A stretch of DNA of 53,738 bases, counting the filler, from Squatina squatina (taxonomy: Eukaryota), in NCBI GenBank assembly GCA_031763465.1. It is 3 parts of 2 records of this genome, joined end to end, with 100 filler letters (N's around TTAATTAATTAA, not from the genome) between each part and the next. Parts side by side here need not be neighbours in the genome. Positions count along the whole stretch, not along the records: positions 1 to 15,885 come from JARFOE010000001.1; 2 more parts are not named here. The stretch is one strand, 5' to 3'. The notes beneath the pieces are model-generated. The model ran no database searches and was not told the origin of the DNA. It was given only the letters and a program-made list of their open reading frames with translations. Shown here in pieces: positions 1 through 10,550 of the stretch (the first letter of the stretch is position 1; every line of letters starts with the position of its first letter). Position numbers and translations under genes: made by a program.

Positions 1-236
1 CTGGACACTGCGCCGGTTTTCCTGAGCTGAAGTTATGTGGAAGCTTCCGTACAAACTAACTTATTAGCATAAGCTGAATGTAAAATTTCCTATGAATCAG
101 TGCAATCGAGCAGCATAATCGATTAGTGACTGGAACAGGGTATTCTCCAGCATCGTAAAGAGCAGCGGAATTGCTAAGAAAAGAGCCATTCTTCAAATGA
201 CTGATTGAATGCTCTTGGTCTTACTTTTTAATTGAT

Positions 237-405
237 TTCAATTGACTGCTGGTCACTGCTATCTTCAATTAATTAATTACTGCAGCAGAGCAGAACACAC
301 CTGTGCGGCTTCAATTGACTGTTGGTCACTGCTATCTTCAATGAAGTACTTCGCTGTCACAAAGCAGGGCACACCTATGCACCTTTACTTGACAGCTGGT
401 CACAG
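237..405. repeat. Degenerate ~73-bp tandem repeat
   Basis: ttcaattgactg(c/t)tggtcactgctatcttcaat at 237-269 and 310-342; partial third copy near 389. Confidence 0.75.
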
Positions 406-1128
406 GTCGTACATAGCAAGGGCAGATCAATTGACCACATCAATTTACTAACTAAGTTAAACTGAAATTACAGCAATAATGATGGGTTAACGAGTGCCAC
501 AGTCATCTGGGCACAAATCATGTGGAAGCTCTACGCCCGCGTGTACGAAGTCTCAAGATGGAGAACAGCAGAGCCACGTAATCACAAGACAGAACCCGGA
601 GCTGGAGCAGGACCCAGATAGCTTAATGAGAATGAGTATGTGGGATGTGTAGAGCCAGGCCTCATTATCAACTGAGATTATTCTAGGATGTTCTTTGTCC
701 AATTGAGTCCTGCCTCTATAGGTACTGGTAACACACTGGAATCTTGCCCAAGGGGCCACTCTTGAGTGCCGGATTATATCACCATTTGAGATCTTCATTG
801 GAAAGCCCAACGCATTCACTATCTGCAAACACACTTTCAGCACGTGTAGCGCTAGAGTGACCATGAATGGGATCTTGGCTTGACGTTTAATTCCTTAGCC
901 TAGGGTCACCACAACCAAAGGTGTGACCCTAGTGCTGCTGCAGATGAAATTGGCCAACTCAAGATGCTGCATGGGGCCTTCCTGGTCTTGATGGCTTTGT
1001 GCAGTGGAGAATTCCTCTCCTGAGCTACTAGAAGACCAGCTAGCCGCCATCATCCATTGTATCTTTCTCAGTTGGAAAGGTGGGATGGCCTTTCTTAGGA
1101 ATTTCCCATTGGATGCAACATTGAGGGG

Positions 1129-1256
1129 CTGCGGAGTGAGGCCTACAAGAGTGCACCGGAGGAGGGGCTGAGAGCATCGGAGAGTCGGCGAGAGTTGAAA
1201 AACAGCCGTCTGCGGAGTGAGGCCTACAAGAGTGCACCGGAGGAGGGGCAGAGAGC
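1129..1256 (+). repeat. Direct repeat with 81-bp period, possibly the 5' UTR of a CR1-type LINE
   Basis: ctgcggagtgaggcctacaagagtgcaccggaggaggggc is exact at 1129-1168 and 1210-1249. The LINE assignment is inference. Confidence 0.7.
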
Positions 1257-1611
1257 TTACTCAACTCACAGGCCAGCGGCAGAGTCGGAGCTGACATCAC
1301 GATTCAGAAAGTGACGCATGGCAGGGGAGGCATCTGATTGGCAAGTAGGAGCAGGTGAGTTTTTTCCACTACTTTTAAAGTTTAGTGAATTAAGCTGAAG
1401 TAAAGATAAGGTCACTTGATTGCGTGGAGGAGTNNNNNNNNNNNNNNNNNNNNNNNNNNNNNNNNNNNNNNNNNNNNNNNNNNNNNNNNNNNNNNNNNNN
1501 NNNNNNNNNNNNNNNNNNNNNNNNNNNNNNNNNNNNNNNNNNNNNNNNNNNNNNNTAATCCTCCAGAATTAGAAAAATACTTAAGGTGCACAGTGGTTTA
1601 TCTAATTTAAC

Positions 1612-1710
1612 CTCCTTTCTTGTTCGAGCAGCGGCTTCTTGAATAAGCTGAACCATGGCTTCCTTCATTTTTACCACTTCTTCATCTTTTTGTTTTTCAC
1701 GTAGTAAAAC
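1612..1710 (-). CDS. SCLT1: SCLT1 (sodium channel and clathrin linker 1) internal exon
   Basis: 99-nt exon, ttcag|...|gttaaa, encoding VLLREKQKDEEVVKMKEAMVQLIQEAAARTRKE; resembles recalled vertebrate SCLT1 ALLEEKQKEEDIEKMKETVSRFVQDATIRTKKE. Divergent orientation to C4orf33, as in human. Confidence 0.85.
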
Positions 1711-2214
1711 CTGAAGGTTTTGCAAAATTGGAAAAAGCAAATCATCAGAATGAGTTATTTTAGTGATGTTATTTTTGATTGGCTGATTGAAATACAAACA
1801 GTAGAAACAGTATTGTTTTCAACCTCTGTCAAAGGGTACATTTGGATACCTAAATCTGAAGTAAAAATAGTTACAGTGCTTGCCTAGGTCAAAAGGAAAA
1901 TCAAGGAAAAAGAGTCCGATATCATAAACTAATTCCAAAGTGAGTGATCAACAAATTTATCCTGAAATGAAGTTCATAAAGTGAGAAAAGACCAAAAGGT
2001 GTGACAAAAATGAAGTGTCCATGATAGCTGCCTGCATATGTTCCATTTTCATCCATCACAAGTTGTTATCTTAATTAAGGTAATTATGAGATATACAGTT
2101 GTTTAATTCCCGTTNNNNNNNNNNNNNNNNNNNNNNNNNNNNNNNNNNNNNNNNNNNNNNNNNNNNNNNNNNNNNNNNNNNNNNNNNNNNNNNNNNNNNN
2201 NNNNNNNNNNNNNN

Positions 2215-2320
2215 CCGTTTTCAGAATGAGGCATGAGGGATCTCCGCTCAAACGTTAACTTGTCCTTCGCTGGCGGACCTGCTGCATGTTTCCATCATTT
2301 TCTGTTTTTGTTTTATTATA
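2215..2320 (+). mobile_element. Penelope-like terminal repeat remnant
   Basis: aaacgttaact...gacctgctgcatgtttccatcattttctgttttt, homologous to the copies at 9400 and 9955. Confidence 0.55.
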
Positions 2321-3939
2321 CAGCACTATAAAATCTCGTATATCTGGTATTCTCTATGGAAAAATGCGCAGTAAACCGAGGAAGCCAGACTGTTCAAGTA
2401 TACATAGACCTAAACACACAACCCTACCCAGAACTCTGCGCTTGATGTTTGGTGTCCGTGTCTTGCTGAGAGCGCCACTATTTCCCATTAAACATACATT
2501 TTGACTCATCTCTCCATTGTCACCGTAACCTACTAATTGCTGGACTGTATTTTTTAATATAACTTTGTGAGTGTTCAGTAGAAGAGACAACGTGTACAAG
2601 GATAATAACAAGGAATCCAAAGCTTGGTCACCTGCTTGAAATTCTAAGTTAGAATTTCTAAATGTAACAATGATTGTAATGGTGTAACCATGTGTCTTGG
2701 ACAGTCCTGGTGATTCCTGTTACCACGGTGTGACTCCGGGTGCTCGCTGCGATGTCCATTGGTTTCTCACACAGAAACGATCACCGAGCAATATTACATT
2801 TGACAGGTATGGGTGGGAACCTCTGCTATATGGACTTCTTAGGCAGATAAACGGAATGAAAGATAATTAATGAAGCCCGTGGAAGCAAATAGTCAACAGA
2901 TCACAGAGTGAGGAAAATTCAAAGAGGGCTGTGGTGCCTTCTATAAAAGCTAGTATTCATCTCTCTTTTAAAATGTTTTTTTTGTTCACTGCTATCTACT
3001 GTACAGCGACTGGTCAACATAAATTATGTATGCCCTGTCCAGCTGCACTTGTGCATTCAAGCGCTATCCCCAAGACGTGCTGCAGCATCACAGAGTGACA
3101 TTAGCACGGACAACACCTTCAGGTGATGTACGCAGCATGCCAATTACCTCCTAACCAATAAGTGACCAGCACTGCTCGCGTTGTTGTGTCCCCATCCCCA
3201 TTGTGCCTCTGGCCAGAAGACTAAATATTGTCACAAAATGGTAGGTTTTATTCAAATTAGTAACGATTTGTTTCCTTCCCTGAATTTATCTAACATCAAT
3301 GCAATCTGTAAACAAACAGTTTTTTGAAGTCATTTCATTGATGTTTGTCACAAAGCAAATATTAAGAGAGAGAAAAAACGGTTGTTATTCTGACAGTAGT
3401 TGTGTCAGGAAGAGGAGTTTTAAAGGCGATTATTATAGAATAGGGATAAAATAACCAAAGTAATAATAATCAACAAACCCTTTAACAATTCCATCTGCAT
3501 GTTTGATCTCTGCTGTTTAGCTAATCCTACTTTTGATCTAAAAACAAGTTAAAACACACTACCATAGTCTTAACATTAGTCCACATTGACTATCAGCGTG
3601 CATAGGGTCCAGACTTTGTTAGGACGACAGAAAAAGATACCGAAGACTTTTGACAGCTCCTGCCTTAGGAGTTTACTGCCGTCGTTTCGAGTTAGTTTTT
3701 CAACAGAGGGTGCTCGTTTTGGGAATATTAGAGTTATGGCAGTTACAGAACAAAACATACTTTATATTTATTGCTATATATGTTTACAGTATACATCATT
3801 ACCGATCCCAGGAAACTTTGCTAAACAAAGCTCCTTTAGCTCCGCCTCCCCATCTCTTTCTCCTCCTTGAAGACTGCTTAGAATTTACCTCTTTGACCCA
3901 GCGTTTGCTCACATCGCCTTGGTGTCAAGTGTAGTCTAA

Positions 3940-4006
3940 TCACGCTCTTGTGGAGCACCTTGGGACTTTTTTTTCTATGTTAATATATAAATGCAAGTTG
4001 TTGTTG
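3940..4006 (+). mobile_element. L2-type 3' tail
   Basis: cttgtggagcaccttgggac...tatataaatgcaagttgttgttg; a second copy at about 29170-29245. Confidence 0.6.
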
Positions 4007-4195
4007 ACTGAGGGCATTGATACATTTGGGGAACAGATACTGGTTGAGAGTGGACCTAATACTGGGTATAAAAATAAACTACATTTAATTCTGAATACCT
4101 TTAAATAAAGCTTCCAAATGAAAAAATGGGTTTGCAAGCTTATGGACAAAAACTGTAGGTTAAAAAGATTCTGTTACTGCAAGATTATGTAATAC

Positions 4196-4287
4196 CTGGC
4201 TTCGAACTGGGCTACAGCAGATTGTAACTGTTGCAATCGTTTGTCTGAGGCTTCTTCTCTCCCCAGAGCAGCTGCAGCTTCCTCCTC
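4196..4287 (-). CDS. SCLT1: SCLT1 internal exon
   Basis: 92-nt exon, tgtag|...|gtatt, encoding EEEAAAALGREEASDKRLQQLQSAVAQFEA(R); matches the recalled SCLT1 motif GREEASDRRLQQLQS. Not in the ORF track. Confidence 0.85.
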
Positions 4288-5034
4288 CTACAGATAATGA
4301 GAAAACCACACTGTTCCAAGATAAGCACAATTATTTTTAACTAAAGTTGATGTTTCTACATTAACATGTAGTTACTAATTACAATGACAACATACAATAC
4401 AGGACACAAAACATAATCGTTGTTTCCTCCCATTACCACCAATACCAGAAACTTCCGATCCAAACTTACAGCTGCATTGCTATATTGGTTAATAGAGGAT
4501 GAACGTGAAATGTGGCTTTTGGAAATCACTAAGAAGTTTCAATNNNNNNNNNNNNNNNNNNNNNNNNNNNNNNNNNNNNNNNNNNNNNNNNNNNNNNNNN
4601 NNNNNNNNNNNNNNNNNNNNNNNNNNNNNNNNNNNNNNNNNNNTTCTATTAATTAGACTTAAAAGTAAAATACTGCCAATGACCGCTGGGATTTGCATAT
4701 GAATTCATATAATATTTTTAAAGAAGTTTTTCCAAGAATATACATTTTCTGAAAATCTGACAATTTGTGTGTCTCTGTCTTGACTGGCATTTAAGCTTGA
4801 GTGTCTTAATGGTTACGTTTTCCCAGTTCTTGGCTAGGTCACTAGATGGAGCACCCCGCTCAGCCAACACATTAATATTCAATACACACAGCTACAGCAC
4901 TTTTGGATTCATTGCAAAAACTAATTACAGTAACTTAAAACGATTATTATTACAAATAAATTTTAAAAAGTACAATATGCAGTAAATCACAATTGAATAA
5001 ACCTTTTTTTTCAGTTTATTAAAATATTATCGAG

Positions 5035-5215
5035 ATGGAGTTTACAATTAATAAGACATGGGATAGTTCACCAGTGACCCACAAGCCGATATCGCTGACA
5101 CTTAAACCAAGTGATGAAGGAATGCTGATGGAGGTAAAGGCGCCTTTCTTCAATGATCCTTCAGCTCCACCTGGTGAAAAAGGAAAACCTTACAATCAGT
5201 TGTGGAATTTTGAAG
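5035..5215 (+). CDS. C4orf33: C4orf33 (UPF0462) first coding exon
   Basis: ATG at 5035, upstream acceptor ttttttcag, donor GAAG|gtaagt. MEFTINKTWD...EVKAPFFNDPSAPPGEKGKPYNQLWNFE resembles C4orf33 MDFKIEHTWD...[25 protein letters not shown]. Confidence 0.9.
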
Positions 5216-6083
5216 GTAAGTACCAACTTTATTAAAAATATTATTTTCAAAAACATAAGTATGAGCCTTTCTGATGATTGGAGAATGCTATTTCTCCTTT
5301 TTTGCAGATTTTAGTTTTAAAGTTCAATAATCCCTTCCCTTACTGTCCTCACAAAGTTTAGGCTTTTTCTGTACTGTAAAACTCTTTTCCCACTGCTATC
5401 AACAGAGACGTAACTGGGTGAGATACTNNNNNNNNNNNNNNNNNNNNNNNNNNNNNNNNNNNNNNNNNNNNNNNNNNNNNNNNNNNNNNNNNNNNNNNNN
5501 NNNNNNNNNNNNNNNNNNNNNNNNNNNGTAGCTATAGATGATTGGATGGCTTAAATTTCCACCAACGCTGTAATAGGATCTAGGGGAACGAAATATTTGG
5601 CATTATCAGCTTGGGCTAATCTGAACAGAAAGTACTGCAAGACGATTTAAAGTGCCTTTTCGATCTGATAGCCTGAACATTTCCGCCACTGTCATCTTGT
5701 TGAAGTGACTACCTCCAGTTAATCGATTCCTGTCTTGACTGAATTAAAGTGAGCAAATAACAAGATGCACAGGGAACTTAAGGGATAGAAAAAGATCTGA
5801 TACAGATATATCTTGCTAAATGTGATTATTGACACACTAGATATTGACTAAATTCAGTTAACTAAATATATTTTTCATCACAATGACTAGAAAAATTAAA
5901 GATTGGCCAAGATATTACAATGAATGAGTTGACCTACAGTATTCAGACATACTCTCATCTCCTACTTAGAAGCAGTTATGTTGAACTATGTCTTCACCAT
6001 AATAAGCTAGCGTCTTACTCAGCTGACAAGGGACCTTTAGTCAGGATACTTTAGGCATGTAACATTGCTGTTTGTATACACAA

Positions 6084-6263
6084 GGGTAAGTTTTCATATT
6101 TACTGCCTGGGTGGTAATCTGGTAGAATGGTTCACCTACTTATTGGAGAACCGGCCATATGTTTTGGTCCATTGATTTCAACTTGAAAATTAGCTGTGTT
6201 CTATAATGGGTGGGCAATTGCTCTGCCAGATTACTGCCCAAGTGGTGAAGATGAAAATCACCC
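6084..6263. mobile_element. Palindromic MITE (possibly Harbinger-type)
   Basis: gggtaagttttcatatttactgcctgggtggtaatctggtaga is an imperfect inverted repeat of tctgccagattactgcccaagtggtgaagatgaaaatcaccc. Confidence 0.65.
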
Positions 6264-6789
6264 AGTATTTTTCGCTTCATGTATTATCTACTGACTCAAT
6301 TGGTGCAGGAGGCTGGCTCTAGTAGTGTTTTGTATGATTGTGGCTGTGCCATTGCAATTAAATATTCTAAACAGTGTATCGAACTTGGACCGGTTTCAAT
6401 AGGAAAACTGTCAAGGAAAAAGAAATCTTTTTCCCTGTGAAGAAAATATTTTGTCTAGAGTATGGAAGGTCATGATGCGAGAAGCCAGGGAGAAATCTAA
6501 GTCGATGAGTAAATTACTATTTCCTTAATTGTTACTGTGCTTTAATTTTACATGCTGAATGGAAAAATAGAACACGCAATACAATCAAATGGTACATAAT
6601 ATATAAAATGAGCCAGGAAGGATAGTGGAATGTGGCAGTTTTTGGGCATAAATGATCACTTGGGTGCAGCACCTAGAATGGGGATGGCCACATGCCCCAT
6701 AAGAGGAAGGTCTAACCCAACTAGGACATCATTGAGTGACAAGGAAAAATAGTCGTCAATTTAAGGTGTCAGAAGTCCCCTCAATGTTT

Positions 6790-6890
6790 CTGACATTACA
6801 ACTGTGACTGCACTTCAAAAAGTACTTCATTGGCTGTAAAGCGCTTTGGTGGTTGTGAACGGTGCTACATAAATGCAAGTCTTTCTTTCA
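6790..6890 (+). mobile_element. Deu-domain SINE (SacSINE1/AmnSINE1-like) 3' end
   Basis: cattacaactgtgactgcacttcaaaaagtacttcattggctgtaaagcgctttgg...ataaatgcaagtctttc. Confidence 0.7.
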
Positions 6891-7742
6891 ATAGAGANNN
6901 NNNNNNNNNNNNNNNNNNNNNNNNNNNNNNNNNNNNNNNNNNNNNNNNNNNNNNNNNNNNNNNNNNNNNNNNNNNNNNNNNNNNNNNNNNNNNNNNNTTG
7001 AAGCACTCACACATAAAACAGCCCCATCAGCACTTCTTCTATCCGAAACAGTGACATTCCAGCAAAGTCAGTGGAAGAAAGCCCCATAAATTGATATTCA
7101 TTGCTGCGTCTAAAGTGCTTATTACCAACTTAAGTGAGGGATGACCTCAGGGACAGTAATAACCACAACGCCCTCCAAAATGATTGCTTGGAGATATTTT
7201 CACTGCTGCTGGTAGTTTTTTCCTGGTAATTATGCCCATCATAACGTTGAGGTCAAAATCCAGCACTGTCTTGCAAATGTAAATTTCTCGAAAGGGAACT
7301 GTTAATAAGTACAAGTGTGAAATTGCAGTGTAAAATATCAATTATCAAAACATGCTGTCTAATTTAGGCCTCAGTGCCTGATGAGCTATAATAAAGCATT
7401 AAAAAAAAAGTGTCATCTATTTCCAAGTAGCTCAAAATATTATTTAACACAGATACTGTGTGGATATAATTAAATGTTAATTAGACAATGGAGGGCAGAT
7501 TGTTACTTGGGGTGGGTATTCTGTGTGGGGGTGGGGAAGGGGGGGGGGAGCGAAACCCCCATGATGTTGTCCACATGAGCCCCAGGCCGTTTTAACTCCC
7601 AGGCCTCATTTAATATTTGAAGATGGGCTACCTCCCAATCACCTGCAGAACAGAGCATGTGACCTGTGCAATTTTTTTTTCCAAGTTGCCCGCTTCTGCT
7701 TAAAATGGGGGAAGCACCTCTTAAAGCATGGTTGCATTTTAG

Positions 7743-7976
7743 ATGAGTCAAAGGGTTGCCCCCACCCCCTTTCCTGATGCATTCCTGGAGGTCCTAGTGG
7801 AGGAAGTGAGGGGCAGGAGGGTAGTACCATTCCCCAGCACCTGCAGGAGCTTTTCCAAGGCCACTGTCAAGCAGGCCTGGAGAGAGGGGGTTAAGAGGGT
7901 CAATTTCAATAGCATTATCCCCAGGGCCTAGGTTTAATGTTGAAAGAGGTTTAATGACCTCACAAGAGCAGCAAGG
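7743..7976 (+). pseudogene. Decayed Myb/SANT-like (trihelix) DNA-binding gene of a Harbinger transposon
   Basis: PFPDAFLEVLVEEVRGRRVVPFP...VKQAWREGVKRVN...PRA*V*C*KRFNDLTRAAR follows the F-S-x-x-x-LE-x-LV...AW...R...QC-x-K-x-FNDL pattern, with 3 in-frame stops. Confidence 0.75.
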
Positions 7977-8401
7977 ATGAGTACAGCTCTTCACCACTTT
8001 CAACACCACCTGACAAAACACCACTCACTCCCTCCCCATCATTCTCAATTTTTACATCCTGTCCATAACATCCTTCACTGTAAAATCGCCAGGGCACACT
8101 AAAACACCTCTCTTTCTCATTCCAAATACACACTTACCTCTTGGTTTCCTCTCTTCACACCACGCACAAGCACCATTCTCTTAACACATCTTAAGACTTG
8201 TACAACCACCAACTACTCCCACTGTTCCTTCCTCACTTCACACACACATACTTTGCTTTACATTCAGCACCTCCCAGCCTTCTTCTACACTTCTTCTATG
8301 CACAAGCTCCACCCATATTTTAAAAAAATATGTACAAGTAAACAGATCACATCAAACAATTAGCAACGGTTTAGAGTCAAAAAGGTGAACAAGCAAACAC
8401 A

Positions 8402-8495
8402 TCTTCTTAGGCAGTCCCTCGAGGTCGAGGATGACTTCCTTCCACTCCGGAGTTGTGGGTTCTGAGGTGACTAAATAGTCCTATACGGGATCCAC
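8402..8495 (-). mobile_element. RTE-type LINE 3' end
   Basis: tcttcttaggcagtccctcg...gtcgaggatgacttccttccactc, recognised from memory of this repeat tail. Confidence 0.5.
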
Positions 8496-9398
8496 NNNNN
8501 NNNNNNNNNNNNNNNNNNNNNNNNNNNNNNNNNNNNNNNNNNNNNNNNNNNNNNNNNNNNNNNNNNNNNNNNNNNNNNNNNNNNNNNNNNNNNNNTAATC
8601 TACACTATTACCTAAAGCTGTGAGGAGTAATAAAATCACCGATGCACACATACAGGAAATGGAGCAGCTTGTAAATCTGGCTGATTTACTTTGAGAAGCT
8701 CTACTGACCAGCCATCAGGGTTAAAGAACAGGATAATGGGATCGTGCAATGGGTCCACAGTCATTGAAACCGACTTAGTCGACTTCACATATTACAATTG
8801 ATAAATGTTACTGTTTCGAGACATACAGGGCTCAGGATTCCGACGAATATGAATGTGGCAGGGAAAAGTGTTGTGGCTAGCATGGTAGGCGGGTTTGATT
8901 TATTACTGGCCTGATCGCTTATTGTTGAGCGGAGTGGCAAGGAGTAGGTAACAGGGAATTGAATTGTGGAATTTATTGGTTTAGCCTGCTTCTAATTACC
9001 AAGCCTTTGAGAAAGAGTATTATAGCATATCCTAAGGTGGTTAAAATATAAATTTAGTGTTTTGTTTCCAAACATGATGCACATTCAATTTTTTTTTGTC
9101 TTAAGTATGTTCTACCAGGTCATCAAATTGATTGTGACTGCTAATGATGAAAAAAAAACATAATTACTGACAGAAAATCAAACCATCATGTCAGCAGAAG
9201 TAATTAAATCTACAGATGTGGATGCCAGAAATGTAAACCTGTTTTATTTTTCTACTCCTTTGGGCTGATTCTTGCTGAAATGTTATGTCTTCTGCAGTCT
9301 GCTAAATCTATGATTGCACAGATACACAAAGCTCGTTATTGATGTGATTAGAAAGTTCATGTTCTGCAGGCCGACACAATCCAAGCTTGATTGAGTGC

Positions 9399-9635
9399 AA
9401 AAGCAAAATACTGCGGATGCTGGAATCTAGAATATAAACAAAAAATGCTGGAAAACCTCAGCAGGTCAGGCAGCAAGCATCTGTGAGGGGAAAAAAGAGT
9501 TAACATTTCGGGTCAATGACCCTTTGTCAGAACTGAAATAAGCCAGAAATGCAGGAGATTTTCAAGCACCCGCAGGGGCAGGGAAAGAGGGGAGGGGGAG
9601 GAAAGAACAAAGGGAAAGATCAGTGATTGGGTGGA
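9399..9635 (-). mobile_element. Penelope-like element terminal repeat with hammerhead-like motif
   Basis: aaaatactgcggatgctgga...aatgctggaaaacctcagcaggtcaggcagc...; similar to the reverse complement of 9955-10180. Confidence 0.7.
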
Positions 9636-9735
9636 NNNNNNNNNNNNNNNNNNNNNNNNNNNNNNNNNNNNNNNNNNNNNNNNNNNNNNNNNNNNNNNNN
9701 NNNNNNNNNNNNNNNNNNNNNNNNNNNNNNNNNNN

Positions 9736-10550
9736 CTCTCACTGTAACACTCTCTGACATACCCTGGACTGCTCATTGTAATACTCTGACATACCCAACA
9801 CTGCTCACTGTAACAATCTCTAATATATCCTACACTGTTCGTTGTAACACTCTCTGACACACCCTACATTGCTCACTGTACCACTTTCTAACATATCTGA
9901 CACCCCTCACAGTAACACCCTCTAATATCTTACACTGCTCACGAAAACATCATCATCCATTTTGTCATTTAATCTTTCCTGTCTTTTCCTGTATCACCCT
10001 TTTGTTTTTTCCTCTATTATGCCCCACCTGTCCCTGCCTCTGCATTTGCTTAAAACCTGTTATATCTCGAACATTTTCCAGTTCTAACGAAAGTCACTGA
10101 CGTGAAACATTAACTTTGTTTCTCTTTCCATAAATGCTGTCTGACGTACTGAGTATTTCCAGCATTATCAGTTTTTATCACTGCAAAACTCTCTGGCATA
10201 CCCATTACTGTGCACTGTAACACTCTCCAATAGACCCTACACTGCACACAGTGATTTTCTCTAATATACTTTCCACTGCTCACTGTGATTCTCTCTAAGA
10301 TACCCAACATTGCTCACTGTGATTCTCTCTAATATACCCAACACTGCTCGCTGTGATTCTCTCTAATATACCCTACACTGCTCACTGTGATTCTCTCTAA
10401 TATACCCTACAGTGCTCACTGTGATTCTCTCTAATATACCCCACACTGCTCACTGTGATTCTCTCTAATATACCCTACAATGCCACTGTTATTCCCTCTA
10501 ATATACCCTACTATGCTCACTGTAACACTCCGTAACATATAATACACTGC
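9736..10550. repeat. 34-bp minisatellite, interrupted at about 9950-10180
   Basis: Unit ctgtgattctctctaatataccctacactgctca, most homogeneous at 10250-10500. Confidence 0.9.
9955..10180 (+). mobile_element. Penelope-like element terminal repeat inserted in a minisatellite
   Basis: ...gttctaacgaaagtcactgacgtgaaacattaact...ctgagtatttccagcattatcagttttta. Confidence 0.7.

Noticed and set aside
9736-10550. CRISPR-like array
   Set aside because: The units are head-to-tail with no unique spacers, in a vertebrate context; this is a minisatellite.
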